NCBI GenBank assembly: GCA_963693365.1
Contig: CAVNZM010000002.1
Span: forward strand, 310,001-374,000
Direction of reading: 5' to 3'
DNA length: 64,000 nt
Origin: Amoebidium appalachense
Lineage: Eukaryota; Protista; Ichthyosporea
The first letter of the stretch is position 1. Each line of letters opens with the position of its first letter. A program made the translations under genes and the position numbers. The notes beneath the pieces are model-generated. The model ran no database searches and was not told the DNA's origin. It saw only the letters and a list, made by a program, of their open reading frames with translations. Shown here piece by piece: positions 12,638-24,609 of the stretch.

Positions 12638-13339
12638 CGACTACACGTGTTTGCAGCGGACAAGAACCACGTGGGCACGGACAATGCTAAGGTCTGGAAG
12701 GTCGGCTCAGGCGAAATGCTGCTGAGCTTTGTGCAGAAGGGAGACACGTGGTGGGTGCAAATAGACACATGCACATGTGCACGTGCACTTGGACATGAAC
12801 ACACACACACACATACACACATACATACATACACATGCACACGCGCACACACATACACGCACACCATCACACGTATCCACGTCAGCACACACATGCAGAC
12901 ATGTGTACAACCATCCGCCCTCCCTTCCCCCACCCCCCCACACACACACCGTCATAACCTCGCCCGAAGCAACCCCCGGCTGCCAACATATGCAGCCATT
13001 TTTTAGCACACAGTAGCAAACTGGCACAGGGTCTGTGTACACAAGCCTACTCCACCCTTGACGCAACCAAGTACACTCGTCTTACACACACCGTCACATG
13101 CTCACACGAGTGCATGGTTATACAAACATGCAGGCTCACACATACACTAGACTCCTCTCCTGTTACTCTTAGGTACATGCACGCACACGCGTGACGTGCG
13201 CGGGCGCACACACGCACACACACACGCACACCTCACTCGCTCACCCACATACAAGCGTGCACATCGTGGGACGCACACAAACACAGAAGCGCATGCACAG
13301 ATACACGTTAACACACACCGGTACACACCGGTACACACA

Positions 13340-13396
<57 letters not shown>

Positions 13397-13745
13397 TCTT
13401 GCACACTCGCACACACCCTTTCCATATCTTTCCCTCCTCAACCAACCCTCAACCCACACTGCCCGATGCAAGGGCACTAGAGCATTCACCCATTCACCCC
13501 GTGTTTTCTCTGTGATTGCTGATTGGGTTGCAGGGTGCCGCAGTACTCAGACGACGAGACCATATTTGGGCGCCTAGCAACCAATGAGCTGCAGCTGCTG
13601 GACCCCAGCGACCTTAAAGGAGGTCTGTGCCCTGTGTGTGTGTGGGGAGGGGGGGGGGGAGGGGGGGGCGGGGGGGGGGGGGGGGGGGGGGGGTGAGGGG
13701 GATGGGAGGGCTCTTGGGCCTAGATGGTGTGTGTTTTTTTTGTTT

Positions 13746-13800
<55 letters not shown>

Positions 13801-14971
13801 GTACATGCTCTATGTGGGTGGGTGTGGATTGGGGACGAGGGGAGGGGTGACTTACATGCCATGGGTGTGTGTGTGGGGGGGGGGGAGGCTGGGTGTACAT
13901 GGCCTGTGTGTGTATCTGGGATCGCGCGGGCCTGGGGTGGGGATGGGATAGGTTTAAATGGGCCGTGTGTGTAATGGGAAGGGGGGGAGCGGGAGGGGGA
14001 ATGGAGGTCTCAATAGTCTGTGTGTGTGTGCCCGTCCGTGTATGCAGTCTGTTCTTTCGTGCCCGGTGTGAGCATAGCCTTGGTGTATGCAGTCTGTTCT
14101 TTCGTGCCCGGTGTGAGCATAGCCTTGGTGTATGCAGTCTGTTCTTTCGTGCCCGGTGTGAGCATAGCCTTGCCCCTCTCCCCCACCCCCACCCCAAACA
14201 CAGACTCTGTGGCACGGGTGGTGCCCAGCATTTTCCAGCATGTTCTTTATAGTGACTGTGTGCATGCAGGCATCAAGCGCAAGATCTATCTGGAGGGCAT
14301 CAATAAGTACTCCATCTCCCCCGGTGCGGCTATTCGCATAGCTGCTTTCGTGCCTGGCATAAAGGTGTGCACGTGCAAGGGTGTGAGTGTGCACGTGCAA
14401 GGGTGTGAGTGTGCACGTGCAAGGGTGTGTGTGTGCACGTGCAAGGGTGTGAGTGTGCACGTGCAAGGGTGTGTGTGTGCACGTGCAAGGGTGTGAGTGT
14501 GCACGTGCAAGGGTGTGAGTGTGCACGTGTGTGCGCAGACTCACATGCCTACACATCTGTGCACCTTCTTTTCATCACGGACAATGGGCCCATACACACG
14601 TGCGCGCACGCGCTTTCCTGCAGACAAACACATTCACATGCTCACACATGCCTGCATACACACACAGCGAGACATTCCCACACATACACTCACACGCTCA
14701 CACATGCCTGCATACACACACACGTACGCGCGCGCGCCCACACACACACACACACACACACATTCCTGATCACGCGCACATGCATAAACAAGTGTACTCA
14801 ACACCTACCGTGACTCGGGCAGGCACAAGTTCACAATGGCAAGCATCGACAAAAAATTTTTTTTGTGTGTTCTTGCTGCTGGCTTGTCATGGACTTTGCA
14901 TTCTGTGTGTCTGTCTGGTGATGGTGTGTGTGTGTGTTTGGGGGAGGGGAGGTGTGTTGTTTACAAAGGGT

Positions 14972-15008
<37 letters not shown>

Positions 15009-15350
15009 AGCTTTGCGATTATTGGGGCTTACACATGCACGTGCACAGGGGCAACCAGCGTTTGTGCGCATCTACAACGTTCCTAATTTGGAACAGCCTT
15101 TTGCGCAAAAGAGCTTCTACAAGGCAGAGACCGTCGACTTCGAATGGAACTGCTTGGGTACGTGCCCCCCCCCCCCCCCCCCCCCCCCCCTCCCCCCGTC
15201 CCCCCGATTTTTTGAACCCCTTTATGCCACCCTCACACATCTTGTTTTTCTGATGGTGCTTGTCATAAGACAGTGAATTGTGTGGTTGTTGCATGCGGGT
15301 TGCCTGTGAAGTCAAGGAATCTGCTTTCAGCATTACCACTCCATTGGCAC

Positions 15351-15395
<45 letters not shown>

Positions 15396-15561
15396 ACATA
15401 TTCACCCCATGCACAATATCCGTAAGACAGTTTTTTATCTTGGACGGATATCGGTTGCATGACCGTGTGTATGTAATGGAACAGGGAAAGGGAAATCATC
15501 ACCCAATGGCAAACGAGACAACATTGCACGTGATCATGTGTCCACACGTGCGTGCTCCCCC

Positions 15562-15592
<31 letters not shown>

Positions 15593-15737
15593 ACACACCT
15601 GTACTGTAGATGGCATTGGGTGTCGTGAGGATGGGCTCTAGTTGTGATGCACACGCTTCGTGTAAGCACCTTTGTTGCAACATCTGCATTCTCTTGAATC
15701 TCGTGGATGTGTATTTGACACCCTCTACCCCATCTTT

Positions 15738-15772
<35 letters not shown>

Positions 15773-16156
15773 ACCCATACACACACACACACAGGCACGG
15801 CACTGCTCGTGCACACACATGTAGCCGTGGATGCCAGCAACAAGAGTTACTACGGAGAGAACAACCTTTACTACATGAGTGCAACTAGCGATGTGCAGTG
15901 CAACGTGCAGCTGAGTACGTGTGTGTGGGTGGGTGGGTGTACGTGTGTGCGCACGTGTGTCCGAACTGTGTTGTGTGGGTGGGTGTGTTTTCCTGCACAC
16001 GGGGGGGGGGGGGGGGGGGGGGGGTGAGAAAAGAGAGTAGATATGTAAATGGGGAGGGGGGGGGGGGGGAGGAGGAAAAGGGCAGACAAGCAGAGAGGTG
16101 ATACAAGTAGGGGAGGCAGGGATATGAGAAGAGGGAGAGGAGCAATGGGGGCATGG

Positions 16157-16191
<35 letters not shown>

Positions 16192-16446
16192 ATGGAGACA
16201 ACAGAGGTGAGATGCAAATGGTGGCACAAGCAGCAACGGAGAGGGATGGGTGTGTGTGTGTTAGGTGTTTGTGTGTGTGTGTAGGGGTGGGGGGGGGGGG
16301 GGGAAGACAAGGGAAGGGACAGTGTGTGATCGTGTGATCTTTTTCAGTGGCCACTAACACTGGGGGTGTGCAGCCAAGGAGGGGCCCATCTATGAGACAA
16401 AGTGGAGCCCCACAGCTGACGAATTTGTGGTTGTGCACGGATGTAC

Positions 16447-16493
<47 letters not shown>

Positions 16494-17330
16494 CGGGCTA
16501 AGGGGTCGAAACTCAGACGCAATTGATGACTTGGGCCCTCCCTGAGGATGGGCTCTGCTTATGACGCATACTGTGCGCATGGCTGATGCTGCATACTTGA
16601 ATGTTTGCCTTTGCATGTGTCCTGCACCATGCTTCTCATCGTGTATGCGTACTTCGTACTGTGTTCCGCATTCAAACCCCCCTGTCTTCTTTCAGAGGTG
16701 TCCTTTCAGGACAGACCACTGTGTGGAGACATCTTTACTTCCATGCAACCGGGCATGGTTGCTCTGTGTCGTGCATCTGTAAGCACATACGTGTTTGTCG
16801 CTGCACTGCATTAGTTTGCACACACATCTTCACCGTTTTGCTCACCTTGCTTGCATAAGCAACCCTGCTCGTCTTTGATCAAGACGGGTTGACCCACCCA
16901 AGTTCAGTTGATGCTGCTGTCTGAGTTGGAGCGTCGTATATACGCGGGCTAAGGGGTCGAAACTCAGACGCAATTGATGACTTGGGCCCTCCCTGAGGAT
17001 GGGCTCTGCTTATGACGCATACTGTGCGCATTCCTGATGCTGCATACTTGAATGTTTGCCTTTGCATGTGTCCTGCACCATGCTTCTCATTCTCATCGTG
17101 TATGCGTACTTCGTACTGTGTTCCGCATTCAAACCCCCCCCCCCCCCCCCCTTCCTCCCTCTCCCCGTTGCCCTTCTTTCCTCTCACTTTTTCTCAACGC
17201 CCCAAGAGTCCTTTGCCTCTCGTTTCTGAGGATGAGCCCTACTTGGCACGCTTTGTGTGCTCCTATTTGCAGTTCCGCCTTGGCGTGTCTGTCGTGCATG
17301 TGTACCTCGTACTTTGTAAGCATTCTAGGC

Positions 17331-17361
<31 letters not shown>

Positions 17362-17492
17362 GGGGGGGGGGGGGGTCCTGTGCAGCCTTAGCCATTTTTT
17401 TCAAGCTGGACCTAACGTGCACGCACATACACACACTTACACACCTCCACACACACACACACACATACACACACGTGAGTACACACACAAAT

Positions 17493-17555
<63 letters not shown>

Positions 17556-17570
17556 AGTACACACACACAT

Positions 17571-17631
<61 letters not shown>

Positions 17632-17664
17632 AGTACACACACACACACACACACACACGTGAGT

Positions 17665-17695
<31 letters not shown>

Positions 17696-18052
17696 TACAC
17701 ACACACATACACACACACACAGTCATGCCTGCCAAGGCCACCCTTTTTGGGCCGCAGTGCAAGCCCCTCTTCGACTTTGGCACCGGAAAGCGGAACACGG
17801 TGCTCTTCAGTCCGCATGGTCACATCATCTGCCTGGCTGGGTTCGGCAATCTGCGCGGCGAGATGGTATGCACCAATGGGAGTCGGGGATTAATGGCTAT
17901 ATATGGTTATTTGGGTATATATGATCATTCATCGCATTGTATACATCCGGGGGGGGGGGGGGGGGGGGGGGTGTCTGTGTGTCTGTGTGTGTGTGTGGGG
18001 GGGGGGGGGGGGGGGGATGGAGGGGAGGAAGGAAAGGAAGCATAAAGGTGTT

Positions 18053-18083
<31 letters not shown>

Positions 18084-18575
18084 GGGGGGGCGGCACGGCA
18101 GGATATGATGCACCGGTGTGGATGTTTGCATGTGGGGATAAGCTTCATTGACGCCGTGCATGGTCATGCCTGAACGTCTACTTTCAGTGTTCATGGGGTC
18201 TGGACCGTGAAGTTCTAACGCATGGGTGGGGGTTTTATAGGAATTTTGGGACCGCAAGAAGCTCAAGAAGGTCAGTGTGGTGCAGGCGCCTGACTCGACC
18301 ATCTACAGCTGGGCCCCAGATAGCGAGCACCTGATGACCGCCACAACATCCCCTAGGATCCGGTGCGCGGGGGGGGGGAGAGGGGGGGGGATGCGTGTGT
18401 GTGTGTGCGCGTGTGTGTGTGTGCGTGTGTGTGTGTGTCCGAGGGTGTCAGCGGGGTTTTTCTGACGCATTTGTGAGCAGGGTGGACAATGGGCTCAAGG
18501 TGTGGCACTATCGGGGTGACCTGCTCAGCAAGAAGGACTACAGCGAACTGCTCAATGTGCGTCACAAATCATGAG

Positions 18576-18607
<32 letters not shown>

Positions 18608-19285
18608 ACTGCCCTTGCCTGCATAAGCAACCTTGCTCGTCTCTGATCAAGACGGGTGACCTACTCATGTTCAAGTGAAACAGTATCTGAGTTGGGTTTC
18701 GTTAACGAGGGGAATAGGTCGAAACTCGGGTACTGTGGATGACGTGGGCCCCCCCTGAGGATGGGCTCTGCTTATTATGCATACTCTTTATGTATGGCTT
18801 GCATTCTGCATCGTGTTATCCGTTTGTTCTTGTGTACTTCGTACTTTTTGACGCATTCAACCCCCCCCCCCCCCCCCCCCCCCCCCTTCTCCGCCCTACC
18901 CCCCCCCCCCCACCCCTTTCTCGTCTTTTTCCGCCGTAGCCAAACCCCTCTCCCCCCCCCCCTCCCCCCCCCCCCCTCCCCCCCACCGGCGAACGCGCGC
19001 GCACATACAAACACACACGTGCACGCGCGCGCAAAGTGATAATAATAATAATAATGATGATAATAATAATAATGATAATACACATACACACGCACACATG
19101 CACACACTACATGTATTTGTAAGGACACCACAGCAACTGGGATACCGATGTCGATCCTCATCCTCGTCATACTAGCATCCTGCCTTCCCTTCCTCTCACT
19201 TATTTGAGCACACGTGAGGCCCCATTCAGCCATTGGCCATTGTCGTTCATTCTGCTCACCTCCCCCCCCCCCCCCCCCCCCCCCC

Positions 19286-19316
<31 letters not shown>

Positions 19317-19608
19317 CCACACATACATACGCACACACACGCTGCATTCCCCCCCAGAGGCACACATATCTCACATCCTGCAACTCTCTTCACCGTTCTT
19401 CTTTTCCTTATCACCACACCACCTTAGCAATAAATCACTAGCAGTGCCATGCAGCCCATCCCTCACTCACTATGAGCACCAGACTGACGATAATGTGGTT
19501 GGCTGCATATCAGGTGGAGTGGCGGCCTGCCCCCCCAGGCCTGTATCCCCTCAAGCCCACTATCCCGGTGCAAGAGTCGGCACGAACAACCGTCGTGGAG
19601 GAGGGTGG

Positions 19609-19661
<53 letters not shown>

Positions 19662-20639
19662 AAAAAAAAAAAAATCTCCCATGACTGTCCGGCACGATAG
19701 CGTACTTCGCTCACATTCTTCCTTCCCCCCCCCCCCCCCCCCCCCCCCCGGCATGTTTGATATTGACACGAAAGAGATGTTGTGGGGAATATTAATATGC
19801 GCTTGTGTTAGAGAGAGAGTGCGAGGAGATGACAAGCCTGTGTGTGTTGCTGTGTCGTACTCTGTTTGTGCCTGCATTCTGTTTTTTATGTGAAGTCATA
19901 CCCCTATGTTTTGACCCGACTATGCATTTTGGTTGTCTATGTGCAGTGATATCCCATATTTGTCGTTTAGGGCACCGACTGACAGTTCTTTGCAGCCAAG
20001 AAGGCAACGGCATACCGCCCTCCAGGTGCAAGAGGCCAGACCGTGAGCTTCAATAAGGTGTGGTTGCTTTGTGTGTGTGCGTGGGTGGGTGGGTGTGTGT
20101 GTGTGTTGGGTGGGTGGGTGTTTGGGGGGGGGGGGGGGGGGGGAGGGGGGAGGGGGGAGAGGAGGTACGGGATGTGTCGAAGCGCTCATGGCTGTGTGCA
20201 TTGGGAGATTACGGCTGAATGTGTGTGTGTGCATGTGTGGAGACACTGAGGGGAGGGTGGTAAAATGGGATGTTGCACTAGCGGTTTGACGGCGGTGGTG
20301 GGATTTGTTTTGTATTTGAATTCATGGATGGGTTTGTGGTGTGTTCGATGATATGCTTAGATTGCAGTCGGGATAGCATGTGCCTTGCTTTACACTAAAA
20401 GGCAATGTTGTGCTCACACCTTGCTGTTGTCCATGCACATGCAGTGCAGTGTTTCTAGCGCTAGCCTGCATCGTGTGTGTGCAGTATACCCAGTGCTGGC
20501 GTTGCTACTATAATGATTTCATTAATTTTGAAATATTTTATGCAGTACGAAGATGAGGACCATGCCAAGCCCAAGAAGTTGGACGTGGCGGCACCAAAGC
20601 CCGTCCAGCAGCTGCCCCCCGGTGTCACCGGTAGGGGGT

Positions 20640-20688
<49 letters not shown>

Positions 20689-21637
20689 ATGGTATGGCTG
20701 TGTGTATGGAGATGTTATTTACATATCTTTGCATGTGGTGAGGAGTGGACAGGCGTTGAACGTGCCAGAAAGGGCCCGGAGGTGGGAAGGTGGGGGGGGG
20801 GGGGGGGGGGGGGGGGAGGGGGCTTGAGGTGTTTGCTTTTGCCACACAGGCATGTTTTTGTGTGGCTGGAAAGGAAGCTGGCTACATTAGTGGGATAATG
20901 TGTCACATAAACCGCACATGGGCATGGTGTGTCACACATATGAATATATGTGTGTGTGTATGTGCAAGTGTAGGAACACCTACATGTCTGTGTGTGTGTG
21001 CGCGTGCACTGATGTGGTGCACAGAGGCATCCATGTCCAAGGCCGCCCTCAAGAACAAAAAGAAGAGAGAGGCAAAGGCAAAGTGAGTCACAGACCCAGC
21101 AACCCCCCCCCCCCCCCTCCCCCTGAGCCCGCCCCGCCCCTCCTACTCTCCTACCCACACCCTGGATAAGGACGGGCCCTAATCCTATACTCTCGTACGT
21201 GTTCCCTGTTTGCATTAGCTCTTTACGTTGTCCGTGTGAATTTTTCTTCTATGTAGTGCATCCAATATCAGTGCTGGTGGATGGAAACAGAGAGTACGCC
21301 AGCATTCTGTATGGTTAGAGTTATTCGATTTCAAGTCAACTCTCGAGTCTTTTTCCTTTGATTTCCTAATGTGTTACTGAACGTAACGTAGCATTTACGT
21401 TTCCACTCACCCAGGAAAGCGGAGGAAGGAGACAACGGCAATGACGTTGAGACCGAGGCACCCAAGCAGACCCAGGCAGCCACCACACCTGCACCAGCAG
21501 AGACGCCAGCAGGGGAGGAGGACATCGCAAAGAAGATCAGAGCAGTGAACAAGAAACTGAGGCAGATAGCAGAGCTGAAGGACAAGCAGAAGGAGGGGAA
21601 GACACTCGAGGCTAACCAGGTGTGTGGGTGTGGGTGT

Positions 21638-21700
<63 letters not shown>

Positions 21701-21849
21701 CCATGCCACTCATTATTGTACCCTTCACACACGCACGAACAGGTGAGTGCCAACTCCCTGCTACTTAGCTCTTGCTGCCCGTCCTGATTATTTTGTTTGT
21801 TTTCTAATGTCTTCCCCTGCATCATTTCAACCCTTCTGAGCATATCCCT

Positions 21850-21891
<42 letters not shown>

Positions 21892-21924
21892 ACCGCCGCC
21901 GCCGCCACCACCACCACCACTACG

Positions 21925-21961
<37 letters not shown>

Positions 21962-22039
21962 CTGGACAAACTGAAGGCCGAGGCGGACCTTTTGAAGGAG
22001 TTGGCGGCATTGGAGCTGCAGCAGAAGAACTCCGCATGA
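9402..22039 (+). CDS. EIF2A: Eukaryotic translation initiation factor 2A (~19 exons)
   Basis: GT-AG exons start at about 9402, 10082, 10902, 11976, 12657, 13534, 14270, 15049, 15794, 16374, 17723, 18241, 18481, 19514, 19995, 20546, 21025, 21415 and 21962. They join in frame to give eIF2A hallmarks: [46 protein letters not shown]...[46 protein letters not shown], and the C-terminal [17 protein letters not shown]...LEANQLDKL. Confidence 0.96.
14038..14172. repeat. Intronic minisatellite, 3 x 45 bp
   Basis: Unit gtgtatgcagtctgttctttcgtgcccggtgtgagcatagccttg. Confidence 0.95.
14364..14527. repeat. Intronic minisatellite, ~7.5 x 22 bp, starting at the splice donor
   Basis: Unit gtgtgcacgtgcaagggtgtga/t. 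Confidence 0.9.
15600..15740 (+). mobile_element. Divergent 5'-truncated copy of the poly-C-inserted element family
   Basis: gtactgtagatggcattgggtgtcgtgaggatgggctct resembles subfamily B gtactgtggatgacgtggg...tgaggatgggctct, and the copy ends in poly-C. Confidence 0.55.
16492..17133 (+). mobile_element. Poly-C-inserted non-coding retroelement, subfamily A, 1.4 head-to-tail units of a 451-bp monomer
   Basis: cgcgggctaagg occurs at 16492 and 16943. The copy is flanked by poly-C on both sides and is near-identical to 50402-50542 and 54092-54609. Confidence 0.9.
16853..17014 (+). ncRNA. Structured RNA; candidate rearranged (non-circularly permuted) hammerhead ribozyme, subfamily A
   Basis: Stem III gucugagu/acucagac with GUU and GAAA (16959-16962), stem I ggag/cucc next to CUGAGGA (16993-16999), and a gaccc/ggguc helix. 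Helices covary with the subfamily B copy. Confidence 0.55.
17225..17330 (+). mobile_element. Divergent truncated copy of the same element family
   Basis: ctgaggatgagccctactt...gtcgtgcatgtgtacctcgtactttgtaagcattc followed by poly-C. Confidence 0.6.
18608..18860 (+). mobile_element. Poly-C-inserted element, subfamily B, containing the complete structured core (18621-18775)
   Basis: Shares gcataagcaacc, cgtct-tgatcaagacggg, tctgagttgg, ggtcgaaactc, ctgaggatgggctctgctta and the 3' end gcattcaa+poly-C with subfamily A. The 3' part matches 56870-56973. Confidence 0.85.
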
Positions 22040-23805
22040 ATGTTGTGTCACGTGACAGGCAACCAATCAAAAATCGACACCCAAATCACTCCACACACAC
22101 GACATGCAGAGTGGGGGGAGGGGGGGATGTGTATTCACACAAAACGACGTAATGAGGCACATAGCCCAATTGCAACGAACACGGTGTGTTTACTTGCTTG
22201 GGCCATGTGCAATCACTGTGGGCGTATACATGCACCTTTAATTGGTGGTGTTAAAGGTAGTGCTATGCATTGCTTGGAGCTATAACCATAGCCACCCAGA
22301 TCAGGGTCCGGTGGCCTTGGTTTTAATGCAGTGCTGTGGCGGGTTGCTTTAATTATAATGCCGTGCTATGATAGGCTGCTTTTTGCTGCCATAGGCATGC
22401 CTGTGATGATTGGTGTTTATTGATTTATGACGTCGGTCAGCTGTGCTGGCCCCTACAGTAGTGCTGGGCTGTGCCCAAATGTAAGCATATAAGAGTAAAT
22501 GAAAGCAATGCATCTGATTGGGTGATAGGTATAAATGTCAGCCATGGCACTGTGGCAAGCCCACGCTCGTGTACACAGATACACGATTTGCCCTCCCCTG
22601 TCCCCTCTACACACACCCACACGTGCTGAGCTGACATGCACATAGACAAGGTTCCACAGAACACACACGTGCTCGACGAGAGTTTGAACACTGTGTAATT
22701 GCAAGTCAAAAACTATAGTGCCATGTGTCTTAATCAACTATAGTAATGTCAAAATAGGAGAGTTACACTAGACTCGTATCATCTCTTGTGTGTATGCATG
22801 ATGAGGTTGCACATGTACATCGTGTATGCGGGCAAGGGATATTATTATTTGTGTGTTCATGTGTGTGTATCTCATACCTCTGTGCCTGAGTGTGGTGGTA
22901 ATGTGTGTTGTATGTGTGCGCGTGTGTGTGGTGTTGTATGTGTGTGTGTGTGTGTGTGTGTGTTTTGGGGGGGGGGGGGGAGGGGGGGGGGGGGGGGGGG
23001 GGGAGGGGGGGGATGATCCAAAGTTAAGAGGATCCTCTCGGGGCATATGATCACGGGGCATAAACCTTATCCCGTTTATATCAACTGTATCCCCATGTGC
23101 CATATAGATACGAGTCACGTTCGTATGTCCCTCCCACAGCAAAGACCAAATTTGCCGATTCTCTCACAGAGACATTTGCCCTCCATACATATACATGTAG
23201 CGCCACAAAAACGACCAAAATTTCTGAGGTTACTCAGTATCAAACAGACTAAGGCTTCTGAAAGCAAACTAAGGTTAGATCTAGTACAGTCGATAGTTAT
23301 TACACATGTACACATGATATCCATTTTCCACACCACCTACACGTTGCTCTAAAACCTCTGCGACCAAATGGTGCTTCAAGAAATATCAATGGACCCCAAA
23401 AGCAGACAATACACACTGCCAGTTTGATTAATAATAATAATAATAATAATAACAATAATAATAGTAATACACCCCGGGTAACTATCATCGCAAGGTACAT
23501 CCTCAAACCAATAAGAACACGCTCTACCTATACACTCAACCCAAACAACGTATCACACACCATTTTTCCTCAGTTCATGACAATTCAAAACATATCTTAC
23601 ACAAACACCCCAAATTAGGAAACAGATGTGGCCTGCTACACCCTCTGATTGGCCAAATCTCAAGCACCCCAGGAACCAATCAAACAGTCCCGCATCACAA
23701 AAGAAAACCCAAAAGCAGAAATTCCGCTGCCCACTACTCTACACCAAACAGTGTGCATGATCCTGGGCCAATCAGCACCAGTCACGTGATTTGCAGCCAA
23801 TAGAA

Positions 23806-24048
23806 TCACATGGCGCTGCCCAGCAGGCGCTTTGTGTCGGCATAGGAGATGCGACGGAAGGGGAAGGGCCCAAACTTCACCAGAATGTCCTGGTGGGGGG
23901 GGGGGGGTTGTTGGAATGTGATACCCAGAATGAACTAAAACATTTGATTGCCATAGTAAATAAAGCGGAAACCGCTGGGGGGGGGGGGGGGGGGGGGGGG
24001 GGGGAGAGAGCAGGGGATGATAATGGGAGAATGGGAGAATGGGGGGAT

Positions 24049-24080
<32 letters not shown>

Positions 24081-24120
24081 CGACTGGCTTTGCCCATTCC
24101 AGAAGCAGCCCTCGTCACCC

Positions 24121-24154
<34 letters not shown>

Positions 24155-24540
24155 TTCCCCCCCCCCCTCTCCTCCCGGAGGGCTCCTGTCATTGCCCCCC
24201 CTCATCCCCCCCACCCCCATCCCCCCCTCCCCCCCCCGTACATACTTGCCCATGCTAGCTGCCTTCCACCCAGTCTCTGAATCCAAGTCTACCCAACCCC
24301 CCTTTCCACCTACCCCCCCTTCCTCCCCCTCTTCCCCTCCCCTCCCTGGACACACACAGAAATAAACGCACACACGCGTGTGCCCGCACCCACACACACA
24401 CCCACACACACACATGCGCACACGCACACAAGCACACACACATGCACACAAGAGGACACACACACGCCCACACGGAGACACGCACGTACACACACACCTT
24501 TACGAACACACACACACACACACACACATGAACGCATGCA

Positions 24541-24609
<69 letters not shown>

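Noticed and set aside
16950-16965. tRNA-derived SINE (ggtcgaaac resembles a B box)
   Set aside because: No A box at the right spacing, no cloverleaf and no A-rich tail. The motif is better explained as helix plus GAAA.
16919-16999. Box C/D snoRNA or U3-like reading of TGATGA and CTGA motifs in the element
   Set aside because: The C box is not conserved in subfamily B (ggatga), the boxes are too close or in the wrong order, and the copies show mobile-element truncation patterns.
16492-17133. Canonical type I/II/III hammerhead on either strand
   Set aside because: CUGANGA is not followed by a stem II hairpin and GAAA in the standard order. Only the rearranged topology fits.
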